From Raillietiella orientalis (Eukaryota): a stretch of DNA of 36,959 bases. Both the position numbers and the translations under genes were made by a program. A model generated the notes under the pieces. The model was not told where the DNA came from. It ran no database searches and worked only from the letters and a program-made list of their open reading frames with translations. This document shows, one piece after another, positions 24,533-36,959 of the stretch. The DNA is taken from the NCBI GenBank assembly GCA_036172245.1, contig JAYWIR010000039.1, positions 1,984,001-2,020,959 on the forward strand. The letters are read 5' to 3'. Position 1 is the stretch's first letter. Every line of letters starts with the position of its first letter.

Positions 24533-26202
24533 TTATTCCTGGGAAAGTGGCAATGGGACTCCTGCCACCTGATCGGGCGGGACGGATGGAAGAGGGCGGG
24601 AGTCACCTACCTGCTCCCCCTCCTCCGTGGGGGTTACCAGCTGCTCGGTCACGGGGGGTAGGAAATTCCCTTCCTCCGTTCCCATGCTGCCAGCTTCCCC
24701 CTCGGCTGCCGGTGCGTTCCCCTCCTTCTTGGTCGGGAAGCGCCTCCTCAGATTCTTGGACTTTCGTCCTGTCTTCTTGGGAGGTGCCTCCGCGGAGGGG
24801 GACGCACTTCCGGCATCCGGATCGCGGTCACCTGCGTCAGGTGCCTTGGTCGCGACCGGCCTTCCCAAGGCCTTTCGCGACGCGTTTCCACGGCCGACGA
24901 GTTCGGCCGCGAGCTCTTCCGCCGCCTGTTGGAAGGCGGCGTCCTCGATCACGGCGAGCGCGTTGCACAGCTTCCCCCCTGTTTGCACAGAGGATTCGCC
25001 TTCCGAAATCACAGCATCGTCGCAAAAGAGGAGGGAGATATCTCCCCCGGTGGCGGCCTCTAAGGCCACCACGCGCTCCAAGGCGACCGAACATTCGCGG
25101 AGCAATGCGCGGCGCTGTTTCCTATTCAAAGGATTCGCTGATGGGTCCGATTTCGGGCCTTCGGTTTTCTTCATTTTTTTCTGTTTCGGCTTCGCCGTCC
25201 GCCAATCCTCGTTCTCATCAGCGTCGTCAAGAGTTTTATCGACCGGCGTTTGCTTGGAGGGTTTGGGGCTCTGGCTTTTGGTTTGGCCTTACTCCTGACT
25301 CTTTGGGCTTCATCGTTTTCTCCGCGCGTTTCCCCTTGGCTTTTCTCAAAGCAGGGGCAGCCGAAGTTTCTCGTTTTGGGCACACTTTCCGAAGGTGGTC
25401 CTTTTCTCCGCATAAGAAACATTGGATGTGAGGGCACCGTTTTTTCAGGTGCCCTGTGGCATCACAGTGCCCACAGTACTTGGGTTTCCCCACCTACCAG
25501 ACATCGACTGTCTCGTTGCCGACGTCCAGTTTGAGGGGTAGCCACCATTTTCGTGGACGGTTACACGCGCTGCGGCCATGCCATTGAACAGTTTTCCATA
25601 CGTTGGGCTTGGTCAAGGGCGCGTGTACCGAGGCGTATTTACTCAACTCCTCCTGCACGCCAGTTTTGGACATGCAGAGAGTTACGCCGGTGAGGTGCGC
25701 CACTACGGAGCGATTCTCAGTTACCTCAGTTACTCAGCCTTCCACCGTAATGGGGGTATCCAGCAGGCGCTGAGCCAGGCTTGCATCTCTGCGAGTCAGC
25801 TCCACCCGCTGACCCTTACTACGCACTGGAAGACCTTCCAGGTCCTCCTCCTTCACGTTAAGCCGCTGCAACTACCTTCCGAAGTTGCGAGCGGTATTAC
25901 TGACAAAGAGATTGCCTAACTTATAAATCAAGGACGGCTTATATCCTTGTTCACGGTAGACGCGCTGCTCAGCAATGGCGGATGGCGCTGCAGCCACGAC
26001 ACTCCAGGTTTACGTCGTTGGCGAAGAAGGATCCGAGAACGCAGATGCCCCATTCTAAAGGGAGAAGTTGCTCACTTTTCAAAGCAGGCGATTGCCCTCG
26101 TTTCCGTGGGGAAAGGGAAGCCCCCACCTCCGTGAACTGGGGAGAGGAGCAAGCCTCTGCCCTTCCGATATCCATAGCGGTGTCCTCAGGCATTTCAGCC
26201 AT
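24533..26202 (-). pseudogene. LINE ORF1 (gag-like, two CCHC zinc knuckles), disrupted
   Basis: CGHCDATGHLKKRC and CFLCGEKDHLRKVC (about 25380-25476); split into several ORF pieces by stops and frameshifts. Confidence 0.8.
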
Positions 26203-26549
26203 AGGACACCAGCGATGAAACACGCACAAACACAATCAAAACAGCTTCAGAAACTAGTGCAGTCGGAGAGAAAGAAAAACACGTACGCACGCCAAGTTGC
26301 AGGCAAAGTTGCGGGCAGAGAGTTTAAGAAGGGTTCCTAACGACATCATCAGCCTGGAACAGACATATGCTGGTCCCGGGAGAAGCCTAGAGGCCAACTT
26401 GTTTCACGCTTCCAGCTGGCTAGAGCCCCAACAAGGAAGTGGCACAGAGAGAAACCGGAACTCCACAGCGTCCATCGACGTGGGACATAATGGTCGAGAA
26501 GGGAGGGGAGCCCATGAGTTCAAAGTCGACCTGCATAAAGCATTCGTTT

Positions 26550-27400
26550 TTCACATCACGAATCACTGAGAAATAAAATTTTAACTATTCATTTCCAACA
26601 CTGGTTGCCACGAAAACAATAAAAAGTCCAATGTAAATTTCTCCCAAAAAATTTGGGTTTCCACTGATTTCTTCACAGTTTTCAAGAGATTGGGAAGCAG
26701 AGAGGGTGTGTTTTCCGCGTATTTGCATCACCAGGCAAATAGATGCATAAGGAAGTGGCGAAAGAATCCATTAATGAAATCAGCAAATTTGATATTGAAC
26801 TCAGAACACGTAACACTGCATATTTGAACCACATAAGGAATCAATAGAAAACAAAACTTTATCTTTTCGTTTCTAACACAGGTTGCCAAGAAAGAAAAGA
26901 AGAATAAAATGTGCCCCTCGAAATGAAGTTTGGATCTCACCGTATATACTCACTTTATAAAAGTGGTAAGGCAAGCAGAAAGGGGGTGTTTTCCGCTTTT
27001 TCCTAATCACTAAGAATAATTCCTACAAAAAGTAAACAAACAGTCCAAAGAAAAAAAAAAACCACTTTAAATTGATTACAAAAGAGAAAATTCGAAAGAC
27101 TTCGACCAAATAATAAAAGAAAAGCAAGGAAAACTTTTCCATAAACATTCAAACACTGGTTGCTAAGAAAGCAAAACTAAGAACAATGTGGTCCGCAAAA
27201 ATAAAAGATTGATCTCTCATTTCTTCGACTTTTACAAGAGATTGTGATGAGCTGGAGGTGTTTTTGCCGCTTATTTCTTCATCCGTGAAAATGATTGCCT
27301 GGGGAAGTAGATAAAGAGTGCAATGGTGAAATCAAATCATTTTGATTGATTTGCAAACAAAAAATACTTCGAGTCAGAGCGGTTGTGTTTGCCCATCATT
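26550..27400. repeat. About 3 strongly diverged copies of the same satellite monomer
   Basis: aacac(t/a)ggttgc recurs at about 26597, 26875 and 27152, and gtgtttt(t)(g)ccgc at about 26708, 26986 and 27258. The spacing is about 277 and in register with the array. Confidence 0.7.
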
Positions 27401-30400
27401 TGCCTAACCGTGCAAAAAGGCTCCTGCGAAGAGTAACGAAAAAGTGCTGTCGAGAAATCATATCTTTTTCAAGTGATTTTACATTAAGAATCCTCCAAAT
27501 GTCCATCTCATATTGATCAGAACAAAGGAAGCCCTTCCATTTTGAATTCTTATTCCGGTTGCCTTTAAAACGACAGCAAGTTCAACATCCCCTACCCAAT
27601 TAAAGTATTGCTGTCCCCTTGTGTTTTCCCCTTCTACGAAAGATTTTGGTGCAATGCGGATATGTTTTCCGTTTATTTGCTTAAACGCGCAAATGGTTCC
27701 TTCGAGAAGAAGCCAAAGAGAGCAGTGCACAAATCAAATCTTGTGGAAGTGATTTTTCATTAGGAATCCTCCCAATATCCACGGTGTATTGAAACAGAAG
27801 AAACAAGTCCCTTCCATTTTGAATTCTTATTCCGGTTGCCTTTAAAACGAGATCAAGGTCAACGTTTCCATCCCAATTAAAGTATTGCTGTCCCCTTGTG
27901 ATTTCCACTTCTACGAAAGATTTTGGTGCAGTGCGGATATGTTTTCCGTTTATTTGCTTAAACGCGCAAATGGTTCCTTCGAGAAGAAGCCAAAAAGAGC
28001 ACTGGAGAAATCAAATCTTGTTGAAGTGATTTTTCATTAGGAATCCTCCCAATATCCACCGTATATTGAATCAGAAGAAAGCAGTCCCTTCCATTTTGAA
28101 TTCTTATTCAGGTTGCCTTTAAAACGGGATCAAGGTCAACGTCCCCATCCCAATTAAAGTATTGCTGTCTCCTTGTGATTTCCCCTTCTACGAAAGATTT
28201 TGGTGCAGTGCGGATATGTTTGCCGTTTATTTTCTTCAACGTGCAAATGGTTCCTTCGAGAAGAAGCCAAAGAGAGCAGTGGAGAAATCAAATCTTGTTG
28301 AAGTGATTTTTCATTAGGAATCCTCCCAATATCCACCGTATATTGAATCAGAAGAAAGCAGTCCCTTCCATTTTGAATTCTTATTCCGTTTGCCTTTAAA
28401 ACGAGATCAAGGTCAACGTCCCCATCCCAATTAAAGTATTGCTGTCTCCTTGTGATTTCCCCTTCTACGAAAGATTTTGCAGTGCGGATATGTTTGCCGT
28501 TTATTTTCTTCAACGTGCAAAATGGTTCCTTCGAGAAGAAGCCAAAGAGAGCAGTGGAGAAATCAAATCTTGTTGAAGTGATTTTTCATTAGGAATCCTC
28601 CCAATATCCACCGTATATTGAATCAGAAGAAAGCAGTCCCTTCCATTTTGAATTCTTATTCCGTTTGCCTTTAAAACGAGATCAAGGTCAACGTCCCCAT
28701 CCCAATTAAAGTATTGCTGTTCCCTTGTGATTTCCCCTTCTACGAAAGATTTTGGTGCAGTGCGGATATGTTTGCCGTTTATTTTCTTCAACGTGCAAAT
28801 GGTTCCTTCGAGAAGAAGCCAAAGAGAGCAGTGGAGAAATCAAATCTTGTGGAAGTGGTTTTTCATTAGGAATCCTCCCAATATCCACCGTATATTGAAT
28901 CAGAAGAAAGCAGTCCCTTCCATTTTGAATTCTTATTCCGTTTGCCTTTAAAACGAGATCAAGGTCAACGTCCCCATCCCAATTAAAGTATTGCTGTCCC
29001 CTTGTGATTTCCCCTTCTACGAAAGATTTTGGTGCAGTGCGGATATGTTTGCCGTGTATTTTCCTCAACGTGCAAATGGTTCCTTCGAGAAGAAGCCAAA
29101 GAGAGCAGTGGAGAAATCAGTCTCAGTGGAAGGTTTTTCAGAAGGAATCCTCCCACACACCGTATATTGAATCAGAAGAAAGCAGTCCCTTCCATTTTGA
29201 ATTCTTATTCCGTTTGCCTTCTTAAAACGAGATCAAGGTCAACGTCCCCATCCCAATTAAAGTATTGCTGTCCCCTTGTGATTTCCTTTTACGAAAATTT
29301 TTGTGCAGTGCGGATATGTTTGCCGTGTATTTTCCTCAACGTGCAAATGGTTCCTTAGAGAAGAAGCCAAAGAGAGCAGTGGAGAAATCAAATCTTGTGC
29401 AAGAAGTTTTTCATTAGGAATGCTCCCAATATCCACTCGTATATTGAATCAGAAGAAAGCAGTCCTTCCATTTGAATTCTTATTCCGTTTGCCTTTAAAA
29501 CGAGATCAAGGTCAACGTCCCCATCCCAATTAAAGTATTGCTGTCCCCTTGTGATTTCCTTTACGAAAAGATTTTGGTGCAAAAAGTGGATATGTTTGCT
29601 GTGTATTTTCCTCAACGTGCAAATGGTTCCTTAGAGAAGAAGCCAAAGAGAGCAGTGGAGAAATCAAATCTTGTGGAAGTGATTTTTCATTAGGAATCCT
29701 CACAATATCCACCGTATATTGAATCAGAAGAAAGCAGTCCCTTCCATTTTGAATTCTTATTCCGTTTGCCTTTAAAACGAGATCAAGGTCAACGTCCCCA
29801 TCCCAATCAAAGTATTGCTGTCCCCTTGTGATTTCCCCTTCTACGAAAGATTTTGGTGCAGTGCGGATATGTTTGCCGTTTATTTTCTTCAACGTGCAAA
29901 TGGTTCCTTCGAGAAGAAGCCAAAGAGAGCAGTGGAGAAATCAAATCTTGTGGAAGTGATTTTTCATTAGGAATCCTCACAATATCCACCGTATATTGAA
30001 TCAGAAGAAAGCAGTCCCTTCCATTTTGAATTCTTATTCCGTTTGCCTTTAAAACGAGATCAAGGTCAACGTCCCCATCCCAATTAAAGTATTGCTGTCC
30101 CCTTGTGATTTCCCCTTCTACGAAAGATTTAAGTGCAGTGCGGATATGATTGCCGTTTATTTTCTTCAACGTGCAAATGGTTCCTTCGAGAAGAAGCCAA
30201 AGAGAGCAGTGAAGAAATCAAATCTTGTGGAAGTGATTTTTCATTAGGAATCCTCACAATATCCACCGTATATTGAATCAGAAGAAAGCAGTCCCTTCCA
30301 TTTTGAATTCTTATTCCGTTTGCCTTTAAAACGAGATCAAGGTCAACGTCCCCATCCCAATCAAAGAATTGCTGTCCCCTTGTGATTTCCCCTTTTACGA

Positions 30401-32658
30401 AAGATTTTGGTGCAGTGCGGATATGTTTGCCGTGTATTTTCCTCAACGTGCAAATGGTTCCTTCGAGAAGAAGCCAAAGAGAGCAGTGGAGAAATCAAAT
30501 CTTGTGGAAGTGATTTTTCATTAGGAATCCTCCCAATATCCACCGTATATTGAATCAGAAGAAAGCAGTCCCTTCCATTTTGAATTGTTATTCCGTTTGC
30601 CTTCAATACGAGATCAAGGTCAACGTCCCCATCCCAATTAAAGTATTGCTGTCCCCTTGTGATTTCCCCTTCTACGAAAGATTTTGGTGCAGTGCGGATA
30701 TGTTTGCCGTTTATTTTCTTCAACGTGCAAATGGTTCCTTAACACGGTCACCCACAAGAGAGCAGTGGAGAGAGAAATCAAATCTTGTTGAAGTGATTTT
30801 TCATTAGAATCCTCCCAATATCCACCGTATATTGAATCAGAAGAAAGCAGTCCCTTCCATTTGAATTCTTATTCTTATTGCCTTTAAAACGAGATCAAGG
30901 TCAACGTCCCCATCCCAATTAAAGTATTGCTGTCCCTTGTGATTTCCTTCACGAAAGATTTTGGTGCAGTGCGTATGTTTGCCGTGTATTTCCTCAACGT
31001 GCAAATGGTTCCTTCGAGAAGAAGCCAAAGAGAGCAGAGAAATCAAATCTTGTGAACTCCATTTTTCATTAGAATCTCACCCTTTCCCTCCTATATTGAA
31101 TCAGAAGAAAGCAGTCCCTTCCATTTTGAATTCTTATTCCGTTTGCCTTTAAAACGAGATCAAGGTCAACGTCCCCATCCCAATTAAAGTATTGCTGTCC
31201 CCTTGTGATTTCCCCTTCTACGAAAGATTTTGGTGCAGTGCGGATATGTTTGCCGTTTATTTTCTTCAACGTGCAAATGGTTTCTTCGAGAAGAAGCCAA
31301 AGAGAGCAGTGGAGAAATCAAATCTTGTGGAAGTGGTTTTTCATTAGGAATCCTCCCAATATCCACCGTATATTGAATCAGAAGAAAGCAGTCCCTTCCA
31401 TTTGGAATTCTTATTCCGTTTGCCTTTAAAACGAGATCAAGGTCAACGTCCCCATCCCAATTAAAGTATTGCTGTCCCCTTGTGATTTCCCCTTTTACGA
31501 AAGATTTTGGTGCAGTGCGGATATGTTTGCCGTGTATTTTCCTCAACGTGCAAATGGTTCCTTAGAGAAGAAGCCAAAGAGAGCAGTGGAGAAATCAAAT
31601 CTTGTGGAAGTGATTTTTCATTAGGAATCCTCACAATATCCACCGTATATTGAATCAGAAGAAAGCAGTCCCTTCCATTTTGAATTCTTATTCCGTTTGC
31701 CTTTAAAACGAGATCAAGGTCAACGTCCCCATCCCAATTAAAGTATTGCTGTCCCCTTGTGATTTCCCCTTTTACGAAAGATTTTGGTGCAGTGCGGATA
31801 TGTTTGCCGTGTATTTTCCTCAACGTGCAAATGGTTCCTTAGAGAAGAAGCCAAAGAGAGCAGTGGAGAAATCAAATCTTGTGGAAGTGACTTTTCATTA
31901 GGAATCCTCACAATATCCACCGTATATTGAATCAGAAGAAAGCAGTCCCTTCCATTTGGAATTCTTATTCCGTTTGCCTTTAAAACGAGATCAAGGTCAA
32001 CGTCCCCATCCCAATCAAAGAATTGCTGTCCCCTTGTGATTTCCCCTTTTACGAAAGATTTTGGTGCAGTGCGGATATGTTTGCCGTGTATTTTCCTCAA
32101 CGTGCAAATGGTTCCTTAGAGAAGAAGCCAAAGAGAGCAGTGGAGAAATCAAATCTTGTGGAAGTGATTTTTCATTAGGAATCCTCCCCATTCACCTTAT
32201 ATTGAATCAGAAGAAAGCAGTCCCTTCCATTTTGAATTCTTATTCCGTGTGCCTTTAAAACGAGATCAAGGTCAACGTCCCCATCCCAATTAAAGTATTG
32301 CTGTCCCCTTGTGATTTCCCCTTTTACGAAAGATTTTGGTGCAGTGCGGATATGTTTGCCGTGTATTTTCCTCAACGTGCAAATGGTTCCTTAGAGAAGA
32401 AGCCAAAGAGAGCAGTGGAGAAATCAAATCAGAAGTGATTTTTCATTAGGTAATCCTCCTAATATCTACACCGTATATTGAATCAGAAGAAAAGGTGTAT
32501 ATGTCCATTTTTGAATTCTTATTCCGTTTGCCTTTAAAACGACTGGGCGTCAACGTCCCCATCCCAATTAAAGTATTGCTGTCCCCTTGTGATTTCCCTT
32601 CTACGAAAGATTTGTGCAGTGCGGATATGTTTGCCGTTTATTTTCTTCAACGTGCAAA
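27400..32658. repeat. 277-bp tandem satellite array, about 19 units
   Basis: The same monomer recurs at 277-nt spacing (equivalent positions 29892, 30169, 30446, 30723; 31269, 31546, 31823, 32100). Some units have small indels. Confidence 0.97.
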
Positions 32659-32667
32659 TTTCGCGTC

Positions 32668-32683
32668 GGCCCTGAAAAGGGCC
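32668..32683 (-). promoter_or_regulatory. Histone 3' stem-loop (H4)
   Basis: GGCCCTTTTCAGGGCC on the minus strand, downstream of the stop. Confidence 0.95.
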
Positions 32684-32729
32684 TTGCTGGGGCTACGCAA
32701 GCGGAGCTTCCCGCCGCCTGGCTGGCTGG

Positions 32730-33071
<342 letters not shown>

Positions 33072-33851
33072 TTACTTCGTTGCTGGGTGCCTTCGTCGCG
33101 CGCGGGAAGCGTTCGAAAGGACGGAAAACTGCACAGCCGACGGGACGGGCGTGGAACGGGTGCTGTTCGGGGGGAGGAAAAGCTTCCGAGAAAGGGCCTG
33201 CCGGAGGAGTGAAGTCGGCGCGCCGACCGGCGAGCGGCTCCGCCGCGCAAGCAGGGAGTGCGAAGGGAGGGAACGCGGCGAGGGCGCCTGCGCGTCCGCT
33301 CGGTAGGCCGGCCGGCCGGCCGCAGTCCGTCCGTCCGTCCGGCAACGCAGCGTGCCACCCGGAGACGAATGGCGGGACGCAGGCGAGCGGCGAGGAAGGC
33401 AACGAGTCGGGCCAGCACGAAGGCTGTCGACGAGGATGGTGCTTGTGAAGGCAGTAGGAAGAGCGAACGAATGGCGCTGCTCCGCCGGATTGCCGAGATC
33501 CAGGCGGACGGCATCCGTTCGACCGACACGGGGCGGGGGCAGCAGCAGCTTCGGCGTCCTCCGTGGAGGACGCCGCTGCCGGCGCCGCCAGCGAGCAATG
33601 CAAAAGCGGGGAAGGGAGGGGGGAGGGGACACGGGCAGGGAGGTAGGCACGGAGGACGGGGAGGGTGCGTGCCTTCGGTGGGAGCCGTGGCGTACCCTCC
33701 GCTCGGCGAGCAGCCAGCCAGCATCCCGAAGGACGTAGCTATAGCTACGGCAGCAGCAGCTGCTGCAGAAGCAGCGGCAGCCGTCTTTCTTTCCCCGCTT
33801 TCCGCCCCCCTCGAGCCTTCGCGGTCTCGCCTTCCGGAAACGCCGAACGAC

Positions 33852-33867
33852 GGCCCTGAAAAGGGCC
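33852..33867 (-). promoter_or_regulatory. Histone 3' stem-loop (H2B)
   Basis: GGCCCTTTTCAGGGCC. Confidence 0.95.
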
Positions 33868-33919
33868 AGCTAGCGAGCATCCGCAGCAGCACGATCCCAT
33901 CCAGCCGCGCTCGCCCGTC

Positions 33920-34294
33920 TCACTTGGAGCTCGTGTACTTGGTCACCGCCTTCGTGCCTTCGGAAACCGCGTGCTTGGCCAGCTCCCCGGGCAGCAGCAG
34001 GCGCACCGCCGTCTGCACCTCCCGGCTGGTGATGGTGGTGCGCCTGTTGTAGTGAGACAGACGCGACGATTCGGCGGCGATGCGCTCGAAGATGTCGTTC
34101 ACGAAGCTGTTCATGATCGACATCGCCTTGCTGGAGATGCCCGTGTCCGGGTGCACCTGCTTCAGCACCTTGTAGATGTAGATCGCGTAGCTCTCCTTCC
34201 GCTTCCGCTTCTTCTTCTTGTCTCCCTTGGCGATGTTCTTCTGCGCTTTGCCGGCCTTCTTGAAAGCCTTCCCGCTGCCGCTCTTCGGAGGCAT
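33920..34294 (-). CDS. H2B: Histone H2B
   Basis: [47 protein letters not shown], 124 aa, arthropod-type N-terminal tail. Confidence 0.98.
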   Translation of the reverse strand: MPPKSGSGKAFKKAGKAQKNIAKGDKKKKRKRKESYAIYIYKVLKQVHPDTGISSKAMSIMNSFVNDIFERIAAESSRLSHYNRRTTITSREVQTAVRLLLPGELAKHAVSEGTKAVTKYTSSK

Positions 34295-34393
34295 CGCCCT
34301 CGCCTTCTGTTCGCGAAGATCGGGAGGAGGACGAGAAAAGCGAAACCAAAAAAGGAAAGGGGATCGCTGACACGCTCCTTTCCTCGTCGCGGC

Positions 34394-34401
34394 CTTTTAT
34401 G
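34394..34401 (-). promoter_or_regulatory. TATA-like box upstream of H2B
   Basis: CATAAAAG on the minus strand about 100 nt upstream of the ATG, in a GC-rich context. Confidence 0.45.
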
Positions 34402-34520
34402 CGGCGCCGAAAATCGAAACGAGGAGCCGCCGACCGAAAAGCGGCTGCGCTGCCGTTCGTCGCCGCGCTGCAAAGTACCTGCGTGCACGGTTCCCATCCG
34501 TTCGTGAAGCTTGTGTTGGG

Positions 34521-34536
34521 GGCCCTGAAAAGGGCC
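34521..34536 (-). promoter_or_regulatory. Histone 3' stem-loop (H3)
   Basis: GGCCCTTTTCAGGGCC. Confidence 0.95.
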
Positions 34537-34593
34537 GTTGCGCGTGATGCAACGCGCAACCCGGGTCGGGGCCCCGCCCCGCCCCGCCGCCGC

Positions 34594-36287
<1,694 letters not shown>

Positions 36288-36903
36288 GAGTGTCCGCCTG
36301 CGAAGAATTACGCTGCCGCTGGAAGCGGCCGCGAAACCTGCCTGGAAGGCGCGTACCGAGCGGAAGCGCCGGATCGAGCCGCCGCCAGTGGGGCGAGGGC
36401 TCCGTTGCGCGCAAAGGCCGGACGGCCTGCCGGTCGCCAGCCGCAACAGCCCGGCCCTCGTTCCACCCTTCCTTCCTTTTCTCTTTTCCTTTTCACCCCG
36501 CGGGCTCCCGTCCGCGTTCCGGATGTCTTCGGCGCGCGGGCCGGTGTGCGACGACGGCGCAGCCGAGCACCGTTCCTCGCCACCTGCCGACTCCCGCCTC
36601 TTTCCATCCTTTTCTTTTGGGCGACTTCGCTTCCCGTTTTCTCCCATCCGTTACGAGGGCCGTCGCCCCTCCTTTCGGCCGTACCGCCTTCCCCTGCCCG
36701 AGGAGCGGAAGGCGCGCCACGAAGGCCACGGCGACCAGCGGAGCGAACGCAAAGCGAAAACGAATCCCAGAGAGGAGAAGGCAAAACACGGAGCGGACGG
36801 ACGGCACTTCCCGAAACGAGGAGGGAAGGGAAAACGGACGAGGCGCAAGCCGCCGCCTTCCTTCCGCGACCGGAACGATTCAGCCGCCTTCACCGTCATC
36901 CGT

Positions 36904-36925
36904 CACCACCACCACCACCACCACC
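36904..36925. repeat. (CAC)7 microsatellite
   Basis: caccaccaccaccaccaccacc. Confidence 0.85.
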
Positions 36926-36959
36926 TTCGTACCCGGTTTGCGCCCTGTCGGGAGGCTTT

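Larger units (their letters stand above)
23002..26340 (-). mobile_element. L1/Tx1-like LINE with ORF1, APE endonuclease and the start of RT; internally deleted and inactivated
   Basis: ORF1 has two CCHC knuckles. ORF2 has TCWNING, LLQEIH, NVYAH, IAGDFN, VDHVF, SDH and then DGLPAEFF..FRSARVSLLP. There is a pyrimidine/T-rich 5' UTR near 26220-26300. The 5' boundary is approximate. Confidence 0.9.

Noticed and set aside
24223..25431. 402-aa plus-strand ORF
   Set aside because: Antisense to LINE ORF1/ORF2, Pro/Arg-rich, no domain signal.
27400..32658. CRISPR-like array or tandem protein-coding genes
   Set aside because: No unique spacers, as the whole 277-nt unit repeats. The context is eukaryotic, and the repeated 120-aa ORFs start at TTG.

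Overview
Eukaryotic (arthropod-like) genomic window with four zones. (1) 95-5830: an intact 7-exon gene for a secreted Cys-rich + double CUB-like protein (371 aa by my splicing), facing a decayed paralog on the minus strand. (2) About 6.3-26.3 kb: decayed retroelements, namely three minus-strand L1/Tx1-like LINE remnants and several very degenerate Ty3/Gypsy-like fragments. This zone also holds a partial, pseudogenised duplicate of the CUB gene (20.8-23.0 kb). (3) About 26.55-32.66 kb: a 277-bp AT-rich tandem satellite (about 19 clear units plus about 3 degenerate ones). (4) 32.67-36.3 kb: a GC-rich, co-oriented replication-dependent histone cluster (H1, H3, H2B, H4 on the minus strand), each gene with an identical 3' stem-loop. 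H3 is frameshifted, H4 and H2B carry unusual substitutions, and no H2A is in the window. I found no clearly new biological system. The best leads are the satellite (a frame open across the whole monomer with an FG-GAP-like motif, and a junction 9 nt after the H4 stem-loop), the divergent histone set, and the patchwork identity between the CUB copies. All calls are from manual reading; no database searches were run.
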